From an uncultured Victivallales bacterium (lineage in GTDB: Bacteria; Verrucomicrobiota; Lentisphaeria; Oligosphaerales; JABHEG01): 64,000 nucleotides of DNA. The notes below the pieces were generated by a model that was not told the origin of the DNA, did not search any database, and saw nothing but the letters and a program-made list of their open reading frames with translations. The stretch is taken from assembly GCA_964607765.1 (NCBI GenBank), contig CAZSNT010000022.1:12189-76188 (forward strand). Reading direction: 5' to 3'. The stretch's first letter is position 1, and every line of letters begins with the position of its first letter. Of the stretch, positions 42,757 to 52,131 are shown in pieces. The translations under genes were made by a program, and so were the position numbers.

Positions 42757-44595
42757 TTATCTCACGGCCAGTGCGCTGACCGGAATGATGGAAACGGCGC
42801 AGTCTTCTTTGCCGACCGAGTAGATCACGTACAGCTTGCCGTCATGCTCGTGGGCGTAGGGGTAGGACCACTGGACTTTGGCGCAGCGTCCCTCGCCTTT
42901 GGGCCTCGGGCAGGCGCCGTGCCGGATGCGCCAAACACGGCAGAACAGCGTCTCGCCGGCGCGGGTGACCGCAATGGTGAGCGTGTCGCGGTTCGGCCAG
43001 TTCGAGATCAGACAGCGTTGACCGTTGCGGAGTTCGCAAGCGTAGGGCTTGGAGCCGGCCATGGGGAAGGTGCTGTAAGCGGCCGGTGTCCAGGTGCGAC
43101 CGTTGTCGCCGCTGCTCGACACCAGCGCCGTCTTCACCCCGGCAGGCCGGATGATCGCCAGCACGCTGCCGTCGTCGTCCGGCAACACGGTCGTCTCGGC
43201 AAAGGACACGGGAATTTCAGGCGGAACCGGGATTCCCACAGAATCCCAGCGCGTGAAGTCGTCGCCGCGGCTGATCGCCACGACCGGGTACTGGTCCTTG
43301 TCCTGACCGCCCGTGATGTAGTTGCCGTCAGCCATGCGTTTGGGCTGATCGTAAGGCCAGCAGTCCTGCATCACGATGCCGCGCGACCGCCATTGCCCGG
43401 TTGCTTCGTGCAGAACGAACGCTTCCACGCAGAGCCCCGGGAACGTTCTGCCTTTGCCAATCCCGAACTTGGCAGCGAACGCCCAGAGCTCCCCGCCGTG
43501 CACGGCAAACACGCCGTGGCTGTGTCGCAGCGGACCGTCGAAGCCCGGACCGATGACCTCGACCGCGCCCCATGTCAGGCCGCCATCCGTCGAGCGTCGA
43601 CCGCGCAGGATCTCCCCCGCACTGTTCTCCTCAACCGGGCTGTTCGCCCAGCTGGCGTAGAGCGTCCCCTTGTAGTGAATGAGGGCAGCACCGTGCAGGA
43701 ACTGGTGCTCGCCCATGGTCGCACGGTGCACCATTGCATGCGTGACCGCGTCGGGTAGCGGAATACTCTCGAGCTCGGGGAACGGCACGCGCTCATCCCA
43801 GAGCGGGAGCGGCCGGGCGCGTTCCGGGACCTCATGCACTGCATCTGTCTGGAAGCCCATCTGTGCCACCTCTCGTGCTGACAGAGCGCGGTTGAACACG
43901 CAGACTTCGTCGAGGGCGCCGGTGAAGCCTTGGAAGATCGTCGCGCCGTTGCGCACAGCACCAAGTGTAATCGGCGCATCCGTGTCGTCAACATCCGTGC
44001 CGATGGCTTTCGTGTCCTTCTTCCGGCCGTTGACGTACAGTGTGACCTGTCCGCGGTCGGCCGTCACGGCAACGTGGACCCAGTGTCCCGCAACAGGCGG
44101 CGTTCGGGCCTGCACCGTGTGCCAGGCCCCGGCATGCCGCAGATAGAAGCGGAACAGGCGGTCTCTGTCGATCATCAACCCCCATTCCCGCTTGTTCGCC
44201 ACGTACACATTCTTGCCGATGATCATCTGCTGCCCGGCGTCCGGGTAGTACGCGTTCACCCACACCGCCACTGAGAAGGCATCGGACGCAAAGCTGAGCG
44301 CCGGCGAGTCCTGCACTGCGATGCAGCTGTCCGGGGCGGGGAAGCGCAGGGCCGTGCCGCTGACGCCCGCCGCCGGTTGGATCGTACCGTGCACGACACC
44401 GTCGCGTCCCGCGCCCGACGCGTCCCGGACCGTGCGGCCGGGAGGCCGGTCGAACGTCCAGTGCGCCAGCAACCCGCTGCGGGGCACGCGCCGTGCCGCT
44501 GCGTCGCCCGGGTCGCCGAACACGCGGCCCGCAAGGGCCACAGCAACGAGGCAGACAAAGGTGCGCAGGGCGCGTTTGCTCGTGGACCGGTCCAT
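42757..44595 (-). CDS. Secreted LamG (concanavalin-like) domain + BNR/Asp-box sialidase-like (GH33-like) protein
   Basis: Signal peptide, then a LamG region (...LDEVCVFNRALSAREV). Asp-boxes STDGGLTW and SGDNGRTW. The start ATG at 44595 overlaps the upstream stop (TGATG). Confidence 0.75.
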   Translation of the reverse strand: MDRSTSKRALRTFVCLVAVALAGRVFGDPGDAAARRVPRSGLLAHWTFDRPPGRTVRDASGAGRDGVVHGTIQPAAGVSGTALRFPAPDSCIAVQDSPALSFASDAFSVAVWVNAYYPDAGQQMIIGKNVYVANKREWGLMIDRDRLFRFYLRHAGAWHTVQARTPPVAGHWVHVAVTADRGQVTLYVNGRKKDTKAIGTDVDDTDAPITLGAVRNGATIFQGFTGALDEVCVFNRALSAREVAQMGFQTDAVHEVPERARPLPLWDERVPFPELESIPLPDAVTHAMVHRATMGEHQFLHGAALIHYKGTLYASWANSPVEENSAGEILRGRRSTDGGLTWGAVEVIGPGFDGPLRHSHGVFAVHGGELWAFAAKFGIGKGRTFPGLCVEAFVLHEATGQWRSRGIVMQDCWPYDQPKRMADGNYITGGQDKDQYPVVAISRGDDFTRWDSVGIPVPPEIPVSFAETTVLPDDDGSVLAIIRPAGVKTALVSSSGDNGRTWTPAAYSTFPMAGSKPYACELRNGQRCLISNWPNRDTLTIAVTRAGETLFCRVWRIRHGACPRPKGEGRCAKVQWSYPYAHEHDGKLYVIYSVGKEDCAVSIIPVSALAVR

Positions 44596-45971
44596 CAGCG
44601 CTGCTCCCTCGGTGTGAACTGCAGAACCCACGCGTGGTCGCAGGGCATGGGCTGCGCGGGGATGCGTACCGTGGCCTGGGGGCCGTCCGTGGACCAATCC
44701 AGGGGCGCGTCCAGCCCCAGCATGCGCACCTCGCTGCCCGGCGCGGGTACCCGTCCGGTCAGCGTCACCCGGGCTGGCGGCGCTGTGCAGCCGTCGTCGG
44801 CGAGGACAATGCCGTAGACCGTGCCGCCCTTCTGCGTGAAGCACACGTTCCCTGCCTTGTAGGGCGCAATCGCGCGCGTGCCGTGGATCGCGTCGGCGTT
44901 CACTGTCATCCAGTCGCCGATCTCGTTCAGGCGCCGAATGGCGTCCGGTGCGAACTGGCCGTCCGGGTCCGGTCCGACATTGAGGAGCAAGTTGCCGCCT
45001 TTGGCCACAATGTCGACGAGCAGGTGAATGAGCTCGCGCGCCGGTTTGTAGACGTCGTTCGGGCGGAAGGCCCAGCCCTTGCCCATGGTCAAGCATGATT
45101 CCCATGTCTTGCCCAGCGGCTCAGCCGGGATCTTCTGCTCCGGCGTCAGGATGTTCTCGTAGGCCCCGTGCACAGTCCGGTCCACCATGATCAGTCCGGG
45201 CTGGTGTCGGCGCGCCATGGCAGCCATCTCAGCCATGCGAATGTCCTGCCGCGGCGGCCGTACCTGACCGCCGTCGAGCCAGAGCGCATCGATGTGACCG
45301 TACCCGGTCATCAGCTCCTCGACCTGGGCGTGTACGAATGCCACAAACTGCCCCCAAAGCTCCGGATGCGTGGCAGTGTCGTAGTTCACGTGCCGGTTCG
45401 GTGTCGGGAAGTCCGGGCACCAGTAATGCGGGCAGTGCCAGTCCGACTTGGAAAAGTAGCAGCTGATCCCGAAATCCCGGGCGCGGAACGCATCGAACAC
45501 GTGCTTTGCGATGTTCGCACGCGGATGCGCGTGGAACGGACAGTCCGGATGCGTGATGCGGTAATCGGTCGTGCGTGTGTCGAACATGCAGAAGCCGTCG
45601 TGGTGTTTGGTGGTGAAGGCGACGTAGCGCATACCGGCTCGCTCTGCCAGCTCCACCCATTGCTCCGGCTCGAACCGGCGCGGCTCAAACGTCCGGTTCA
45701 AAGCCCAGTAGTCGCGTCGGAACAGGTCCAGGTCCCGGCCGCGCTCCACCCAGGCCGGCAGGTCGTCCGGGCGCGCCCACGTGTCCGCTTCGACCAGAGG
45801 CCACGACTCGATGCAGCCCCACTGGCAGTATGGGCCCCAGTGCATGAACAGCCCGAACTTCAGGTCCTGGAACCAGTCCAGGCGTTCCTGCAGCCAGACG
45901 GGGTGTGCGTCATCGGGGCCAGCCATGTCCGGCTCGCAAGACGCCATGATGTCTTTGCGGGGGTCGCTCAT
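44595..45971 (-). CDS. Alpha-L-fucosidase (GH29)
   Basis: FGLFMHWGPY...YVAFTTKHHDGFCMFDT motifs. No signal peptide. Confidence 0.9.
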   Translation of the reverse strand: MSDPRKDIMASCEPDMAGPDDAHPVWLQERLDWFQDLKFGLFMHWGPYCQWGCIESWPLVEADTWARPDDLPAWVERGRDLDLFRRDYWALNRTFEPRRFEPEQWVELAERAGMRYVAFTTKHHDGFCMFDTRTTDYRITHPDCPFHAHPRANIAKHVFDAFRARDFGISCYFSKSDWHCPHYWCPDFPTPNRHVNYDTATHPELWGQFVAFVHAQVEELMTGYGHIDALWLDGGQVRPPRQDIRMAEMAAMARRHQPGLIMVDRTVHGAYENILTPEQKIPAEPLGKTWESCLTMGKGWAFRPNDVYKPARELIHLLVDIVAKGGNLLLNVGPDPDGQFAPDAIRRLNEIGDWMTVNADAIHGTRAIAPYKAGNVCFTQKGGTVYGIVLADDGCTAPPARVTLTGRVPAPGSEVRMLGLDAPLDWSTDGPQATVRIPAQPMPCDHAWVLQFTPREQR

Positions 45972-46152
45972 CCTGTCGTAGTCTCCCGCATTCCACGGCC
46001 CGAGTTCCGCCTGACGGCTGTCATGCGAATAACGTGGCTTTGGGCCGCATGCGGAGATGCGGCGCCTCCAGCGTTTTCAGGCAGCAATCACGTGGCGGCG
46101 CCGGTTCTCCGTAACCGACCAGTTACATCTCTGACAGCCATCAGGCGGCGTG

Positions 46153-47358
46153 TCACTGCCGCTCCAGCTTCCGCAACGCCTCCGCGTAACGCCGCCCCAG
46201 CTCCCGGAGCGCGGCAGACGAGAAGTGCGTACCATCGCCCTTGTGCGAGATGCCGTCAGACTTCACCACAGCCGCGTTCGCGATCCAGTCGGGGACGGCT
46301 GCCAGGTTCTCGTTGAAGCGTTGGCGTGCTGCGTGTCCCTCCTGGTCCCACACCCCGAGTTCACCTGCAACGAAGGGCACGTCGGCAGCGTCCAAGTCGC
46401 GACGCAGATCGGTCACGAGTTTCGTCAGCCGCTCGCGGTATCGGGCAATGCCTGCAGCGGAACTGTCACCTTCGCCCTGGTGCCAGAGCATGCCTTTGAG
46501 AATGCCGTCCGGCAGCGCGGCCTTGGTACGGGCGACTGCGTTCTTGTACAGATGCCCCCACGGCGGCGTTGCCTCGGCGTCCTTCTGCCACTGCGCAACC
46601 CGCGTGCCGCCTACGGCGCACGGAATCAGACCTATCACCGCGTTCGGATGACGGTCCGCCATGATCTTGCCGAATGTCGTCCCCAACCCGACCCCGGCGA
46701 TGGACTTGTCGAAATGGATCGGGTCAACGGCAACTACCCAGCGGTTACCTTTGTCGAGCGTCAGAACGCGCGGGTGGATCGAGAGATCCTGACTCTCCAC
46801 CTTGCCGCGGCCGGCCATATTCGACTGCCCGATCAACAGGTAAAGATGGAACTTCCGCCGCTGCTCCTCGGACTTTGTCGGCGCGGCCGGCTCAGGCTCG
46901 GGCGGCGGCAGCGCCCGGCTTGTGATGCCCTCGTCATCGAGCTTGAGCACAATCACGCCCGCCCCGCACTTCTTCCCGAAGACAATGCGCTCGGGAGGAT
47001 CCGAATACACCACCACGCGATACGGCACCCGCCTCTTGCCGTCCGGGCTCTGGATCGTGAAACGCAGGTCCGTCTCACGTATAGCAAGTCCAAGCTGACG
47101 GATCGCCTTCAGATCACTCTCACTTACGCCAAGCGTGGCGACGCGTGTTCCAGGCGGCACAGTCGCAGTCCGAGCGCCGCATGCCTGCTGCGGCACGGTG
47201 GCGTCGCTTAGCAACGCTGACGGCACATCCCCCATCTGCCACACGCCGCCCCGATCGTGCCACGGACACGCGCCTTCCTTAACCTGATACGTGCCTCCAC
47301 CCAAGACGCTGCCGGAACAGAACACACACACGCACAGAATGCCGTCACACACTCTCAT
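46153..47358 (-). CDS. Sialate O-acetylesterase-like SGNH/DUF303 (SASA) carbohydrate esterase
   Basis: LIGQSNMAGRG and WHQGEGDS motifs. The start is taken at MRVCDG (47358). Confidence 0.8.
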   Translation of the reverse strand: MRVCDGILCVCVFCSGSVLGGGTYQVKEGACPWHDRGGVWQMGDVPSALLSDATVPQQACGARTATVPPGTRVATLGVSESDLKAIRQLGLAIRETDLRFTIQSPDGKRRVPYRVVVYSDPPERIVFGKKCGAGVIVLKLDDEGITSRALPPPEPEPAAPTKSEEQRRKFHLYLLIGQSNMAGRGKVESQDLSIHPRVLTLDKGNRWVVAVDPIHFDKSIAGVGLGTTFGKIMADRHPNAVIGLIPCAVGGTRVAQWQKDAEATPPWGHLYKNAVARTKAALPDGILKGMLWHQGEGDSSAAGIARYRERLTKLVTDLRRDLDAADVPFVAGELGVWDQEGHAARQRFNENLAAVPDWIANAAVVKSDGISHKGDGTHFSSAALRELGRRYAEALRKLERQ

Positions 47359-47396
47359 CGTCAACGCCCTTCCGCCTGCCACCACCCGCAGGCACG

Positions 47397-47502
47397 CCAT
47401 CCGTGGTCGGGCTCTCCGGTATCCGTGGTCGGGCTCTGCCATCCGTGGTCAGTCTGTCCGCCATCCGTGGTCGGGCTCTGCCATCCGTGGTCAGCCCTGT
47501 CC
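47397..47502. repeat. Five imperfect 20-22 bp direct repeats (ATCCGTGGTC-R-G-N-CT-S-T-S-C) upstream of the esterase gene
   Basis: The ATCCGTGGTC core starts at 47399, 47421, 47441, 47463 and 47483, giving spacings of 22, 20, 22 and 20 bp. Confidence 0.9.
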
Positions 47503-47647
47503 GAGACTGATGCGGCCCATCGTCGCCACTATACGAGACCGTTCAGTGGATGCCATCCCGAGCGGCGGAGATGATGCCCCCACGGCGCGCAGCCCTGTCG
47601 TGGCACATCTCTGTTCCGCCACTACGGCATGAAGGACGGTGGGTGAC

Positions 47648-48004
47648 TCAGTCCATATCGGCCGGTGTCAGCAGCATGTTGACACCAACCAACACGTCAG
47701 CGAACCGGGTGGGGTGCAGCGAGCCGATCCTCTCGACCAGGTCCGTTTTGTCAACCGTCATCAGTTGAGGGATGTTGGCGACGCACCTTTTGGGCAGATT
47801 GGCCTCGCCCTTGGCCAACGTCACGTTGCCCGGCGCTTGGGCACGTGTCAGATTCGAAGTCAGGATGCAGACGACCGTCGTGTTGATGCGGCTGCGGTTG
47901 AAGACGTCGTTTTGGACAACGACACATGGCCGGCGATACGCCGGGCCGGAGCCATCCGCCGAGCCGAAGTCGCACCAGAACACGTCGCCTTGGCGGATCA
48001 CCAC
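47648..48004 (-). CDS. PemK/MazF-family type II toxin (endoribonuclease)
   Basis: IRQGDVFWCDF...RPCVVVQND...VVCILTSN pattern. The GTG start overlaps the antitoxin stop (GTGGTGA). Confidence 0.8.
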   Translation of the reverse strand: MVIRQGDVFWCDFGSADGSGPAYRRPCVVVQNDVFNRSRINTTVVCILTSNLTRAQAPGNVTLAKGEANLPKRCVANIPQLMTVDKTDLVERIGSLHPTRFADVLVGVNMLLTPADMD

Positions 48005-48252
48005 TCTTCGATCACCTTCCTGGCGGCGTAGCGTTTGCTCTGCTCGCGGAGTAGCCGATCTTCGCGGGGCGGCGCATCTGCGTAGACCGCATCCAACTGC
48101 TCCAGCATGCACTGGTTGCGGCGCCTGGCAACCAGCGCCTCAGCCGCCTGGGCGAACGCGGCGCTTCGGGAGATATGCTCCTCGCCGGCCAGTTCGTCCA
48201 TTGCCCGAAGCAACCACTCAGGAACCGAGATGGCCGTTTTCACAGTCGCCAT
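47998..48252 (-). CDS. Ribbon-helix-helix (CopG/MazE-like) antitoxin
   Basis: MATVKTAISVPEWLLRAMDELA is an RHH N-terminus. It sits immediately upstream of, and overlaps, the toxin gene. Confidence 0.75.
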   Translation of the reverse strand: MATVKTAISVPEWLLRAMDELAGEEHISRSAAFAQAAEALVARRRNQCMLEQLDAVYADAPPREDRLLREQSKRYAARKVIEEW

Positions 48253-48438
48253 GTTTGGGCCCTCATAACGAGAGGTATAACTAGTGGTTATTCCATAAGT
48301 ATAACCTACTGTTTTACCCGATGTTGTCAAGAGGCTCGAGGAGAAGCCAATGCCACAATCGAACGTGCTGTTCATCATCGTCGACCAGTGGCACTGCCAG
48401 TGCAGCGGCTCTCAACCCCTTATCTCAACGCCATTCGC

Positions 48439-51303
48439 TCACACCTGCAGGCGCACAAGCGCAGCCTGAGCACACTCCACGATCTCCGCTGCCGCACTCA
48501 CGTATTCCACAGCGGCATCGTCGCCGTCGTCCGGAATGGCCGCATTGCGCAGGAACGCGGTCTGCTGTTCGTCCAACACGCCTTCGCTGGTGACGTGAGC
48601 AAAATCCACATCCTCCGGTCGCACTGGGGGTGTTGCCGGCATCTCGGGGTAGGCGAGGATCGCCAGGGCGGGGGCGAGATGCTCGAGCGCCTGGCGCGCC
48701 GGCGCGGCTGCCTCGACCGGGAACCCGCCCGCCTGCAGCACCCCCGCCATCTTCGCCGAACGCGCGGCCTTCTCCAGCAGAGGGCCGGCTGCTTCACAAC
48801 GTTTGCGTCGGTCATCGGGCGCAGGCTCGGTCAGTGATTCGGCGCGGAACAGCTCCTCCATCGCGCTCTCTTCGAAGGAGATCACGCCTTTGGCGGCGAG
48901 CATTTTGAGCAGCTCATACTGGTCGGGCTGCAGGATCGTGACGTCCGCGCTCTGGGCCTCGTGTCCGCTTTTCGCCAGTGCCGTCTGCACCTGTTCCGTC
49001 GCGTCGCGCCGACCTTTGCGTGCTACACCGAACACGGACGTCACGCGCTCGCTGGTCCGGTCCGTCTTGACGCGGCACAGGCCCAGCACGTCGGCCAAGC
49101 CCACGTTGGCTTCCTGGCGGAACCGCTCATCGGCCGGTGTGGCGGCAACAGGTTCAGGTGCGGCGCTCGGTTCCTCCGTCGTCTGCGCCGCGAACGAGGT
49201 GTTGATCACCGTGCTCAGGCGTGCCATGAAGTTGCGCTTGGCAGCGGCCCCCTCCAGCGCTTCCCAGTCTGCCGCGCCGTCCAGAACGCCGTCGGCCAGG
49301 CTCTGCTTGAATCCGATGGTTGCCAGCATGCGGTGCTCAATAGTCTTCTCGGCAATCAGATTGATCACGTTCACGGTCTGCGTCTGGTGTTTGCGCCAGG
49401 CCCGCGCAATGCGCTGCTCCAGCTTCGCGGGGTTCCAGGGCAAGTCCATGTTTACCACCACCGTGGCAGCCTGCAGATTCAGCCCCACGCTGCCCGAGTC
49501 GGAGGAGAGAAACACACAGCACTGTGCAGTGTTCTTGAAGCGTTGGATCTCGTCGCGCCGTCTGCGCTGCGGCACGCTGCCCACATGCCAGGCGTAGTCG
49601 ATGCCCTGTGTGTCCAGCTGTTCGCGGACCAGGTCAAGCATTCGCACCCACTCGGAGAACACGATCACTTTGCGGCCCGGCTCGGCCGACCAGATGTCGC
49701 TCAGCACCTTCAGCAACTCGTCTACCTTCGGGGCGTCCTTGATCTCCTGGTCCAGGATGTGTACCGAGTCGCACAGCATACGCATGCAGGCCAGGCACAT
49801 CTGCAGGCGCTGGAACTCCCCGGGGCGTAGCGGGCGGCGCCGGGCCATGCTGCTGAGTATGGACACCTGGTATTCATACTCCGCGTAGCGCTTGCTCTGT
49901 TCCTGCGTCATGCGCACGAAGTAATTGTTGTCCACCCGGGCGGGCAGCTGATCTTCGATCTCCGACTTGCGGCGGCGCAGCATCACCGGCTGCAGCCGCT
50001 CGTGGAGCTTGCGCAGGTTCTTCATGCCCGTGACACGCCCGTCCTCGTCGAAACGGTAGAACTCACGGTTGAACCGGAACAGGCTGCCCAAAAGCCGGTC
50101 GTCGACGAAATCCACCAGCGAGTAGATCTCGTCGATGCGGTTCTCCAACGGTGTGCCGGTCAGCACGAACGCGTACCTCGACTGCAGGCGTTTGATGCTT
50201 TGCGCAGTCTTGGTCTTCCAGTTCTTGATTCGCTGCGCCTCGTCCAGGATGACCAAGTCGGGTTGGAGCCACTCGTTGATCTCCTGCTCGTCACGGATGA
50301 TCTGTTCGTAGTTCGTGATCAGGAAGAACTCGCTTGCCGTGCGGTACTGCTTCAGCCGCGCCGGCCGCAGACCGTACACGATGCGGCACGGCAGGGAAGT
50401 GAACTGTCGGATCTGTTCTTCCCACTCTGCCTTCAGCGAGGCCGGACACACAATGAGCACGCGCGAGATGCCGCGCAGCTCACGCAGCACCTTGGCCGCG
50501 CCGATCGCCTGAACCGTTTTGCCCAGCCCCATCTCGTCGGTTAACAGCGCTCGGCCCGTGAAGGCCAGGTGCATCATGCCCTCGCGTTGGTAATCGTACA
50601 GCGGGTGGCGCAGGAAGCTGCTGTTGTCGAATTCCGCGCTGAGCCGGCGTCGGGCGGCGGTTGCCTGCTGCGACTCCGCAACGCGCTCGGCCAGCTGCCG
50701 GATGCCGCGCGACACCCGAACACGGTTCCGTGTCGAATGCGGCGCCTGTTCCAGGTCGCGCAGGAATACCTGCAGCGTGTCCTGCCACGGGTTGCGAAAG
50801 CGGTTGTCCGCATCCAGGTAGCCTCGCAGGAACCGCTTCCACTTGCCGCTGCCCCAGGCCGGGAACAGAACGGCCGGCCGGCCGCCCGGATGTGTCGGGG
50901 CAACGATTTCGGCCAAGTCGCTGCGGATGTCACGCGTTCGGGACTTGCGTGCGTGCAGCTTCACCTTCTCGATGTGTTTGCACGTGCCCAGGAAGCTCTT
51001 GGCAAAGTCCGGGCAGGTGCAGTAGTTGCCGTGGTTCTCGAAAGACCGCAGTTCCACGAAGTACTCGCGCCCCTCCTTCTCCTCATCCGCGGGCACCACG
51101 ACATAGTCGCTGAACACGCCTACGCCGCCCCCAATCAGGCGGACTTCCATCGCCTCGATCTGCGCCCGCTGCTGCCGGACCTCGATCTCCTGCTCGTCCG
51201 TAGTCAGCCAGCTGTGTCGCGGCTTGCGACCGCGCTTCTTGCCTTCAGTTCTCTTCGCGTCGCCCATCGGCTCATGTTCCCGTTCCGGCAGCATGTTGTT
51301 CAC
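48439..51303 (-). CDS. SWIM zinc finger + SNF2-family helicase with ~300 aa C-terminal extension
   Basis: SWIM CTCPDFAKSFLGTCKHIEK. SNF2 motifs LTDEMGLGKT, DEAQRIKN and a helicase C region. Confidence 0.9.
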   Translation of the reverse strand: MNNMLPEREHEPMGDAKRTEGKKRGRKPRHSWLTTDEQEIEVRQQRAQIEAMEVRLIGGGVGVFSDYVVVPADEEKEGREYFVELRSFENHGNYCTCPDFAKSFLGTCKHIEKVKLHARKSRTRDIRSDLAEIVAPTHPGGRPAVLFPAWGSGKWKRFLRGYLDADNRFRNPWQDTLQVFLRDLEQAPHSTRNRVRVSRGIRQLAERVAESQQATAARRRLSAEFDNSSFLRHPLYDYQREGMMHLAFTGRALLTDEMGLGKTVQAIGAAKVLRELRGISRVLIVCPASLKAEWEEQIRQFTSLPCRIVYGLRPARLKQYRTASEFFLITNYEQIIRDEQEINEWLQPDLVILDEAQRIKNWKTKTAQSIKRLQSRYAFVLTGTPLENRIDEIYSLVDFVDDRLLGSLFRFNREFYRFDEDGRVTGMKNLRKLHERLQPVMLRRRKSEIEDQLPARVDNNYFVRMTQEQSKRYAEYEYQVSILSSMARRRPLRPGEFQRLQMCLACMRMLCDSVHILDQEIKDAPKVDELLKVLSDIWSAEPGRKVIVFSEWVRMLDLVREQLDTQGIDYAWHVGSVPQRRRRDEIQRFKNTAQCCVFLSSDSGSVGLNLQAATVVVNMDLPWNPAKLEQRIARAWRKHQTQTVNVINLIAEKTIEHRMLATIGFKQSLADGVLDGAADWEALEGAAAKRNFMARLSTVINTSFAAQTTEEPSAAPEPVAATPADERFRQEANVGLADVLGLCRVKTDRTSERVTSVFGVARKGRRDATEQVQTALAKSGHEAQSADVTILQPDQYELLKMLAAKGVISFEESAMEELFRAESLTEPAPDDRRKRCEAAGPLLEKAARSAKMAGVLQAGGFPVEAAAPARQALEHLAPALAILAYPEMPATPPVRPEDVDFAHVTSEGVLDEQQTAFLRNAAIPDDGDDAAVEYVSAAAEIVECAQAALVRLQV

Positions 51304-51305
51304 GG

Positions 51306-51737
51306 CTACGTCTGGTTGAGGGAGAGATACCCGAAAAAGTCTCTGACGGTCACGATGGGAATGCCCCGGAATGTGGCCAGAGACAGCAGGTGCGGGTCAC
51401 CGGAGACAATGAAATCAGCCTTCCCCTCGATCGCGCAGGCCAGGAACATCTCGTCGTCCGGATCGTCTTCGACCGCTGCGACCTCAGTGGTGCCGGGCAG
51501 CACCATGGCATCGGCCTCGATCAAGGTCACCAGCGCCGCAATGTCTGCCTCGTCGATGCCGTACTTGCTCTGAATTCGCGGGTAACGCAGCACGCGTGAC
51601 ACTTCGGCGATCATGGCGGGTGAAGAGAGAAGAAGGAACTGGCGTTGCTTCCAGGCATCGATGAGTCTTCGCGGGAGTCCATGCGGCACGATGACGCTGC
51701 TGACAAACTGGTTCGTGTCCACAACGACCCTCAGCAT
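51306..51737 (-). CDS. PIN-domain toxin (TIGR00305-like)
   Basis: VVVDTNQFVSS N-terminal acidic motif and a later ...SGDPHLL motif. It overlaps the upstream antitoxin by 7 nt. Confidence 0.85.
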   Translation of the reverse strand: MLRVVVDTNQFVSSVIVPHGLPRRLIDAWKQRQFLLLSSPAMIAEVSRVLRYPRIQSKYGIDEADIAALVTLIEADAMVLPGTTEVAAVEDDPDDEMFLACAIEGKADFIVSGDPHLLSLATFRGIPIVTVRDFFGYLSLNQT

Positions 51738-52018
51738 GCCCGCTCGCGCTCCCTCACCGCCCGTACCGCTGCCGCTACATCGTCTTCCACTTCCGAAGTG
51801 CTGACGCCCTTGTTTCGGCCCCGGATCCGCTGCAGCACACGGAAACGCTCCTCGCGTTCTCCCACCAGCCGCTCGTACTCGCGCGCATCCAGGATGGCCA
51901 CCATGGAGATGCCCGATTTCTGTACGATGAAGTGCGTGCCGTCCTGGGCTGCCCGCCGCATGACATCACCGAAGTGAACCCTGGCTTCGACTGCGGGAAT
52001 GACCTTGGCCGTACTCAT
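51731..52018 (-). CDS. Phd/YefM-family antitoxin
   Basis: VIPAVEARVHFGDVMRRA...HFIVQKSGISMVAILDAREYERL pattern. The start is taken at MSTAKV (52018). Confidence 0.8.
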   Translation of the reverse strand: MSTAKVIPAVEARVHFGDVMRRAAQDGTHFIVQKSGISMVAILDAREYERLVGEREERFRVLQRIRGRNKGVSTSEVEDDVAAAVRAVRERERAC

Positions 52019-52131
52019 GTCGCAGCCCTTTTCCATCAATGCTAATGGGTGTTAATCAATACCGATCAGTACAGAACTATAACTTACGAGGCGAGTGCCA
52101 TCAAGCGTGGATTCAGCCCGGCTGCAATACC

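Noticed and set aside
42757-45105. A 782-aa ORF suggests one very large LamG/sialidase protein.
   Set aside because: The first 170 codons are the antisense-frame overlap with the 3' end of the GH29 gene and are Arg/Gly/His-rich junk. A signal peptide begins at the Met at 44595, which overlaps the GH29 stop.
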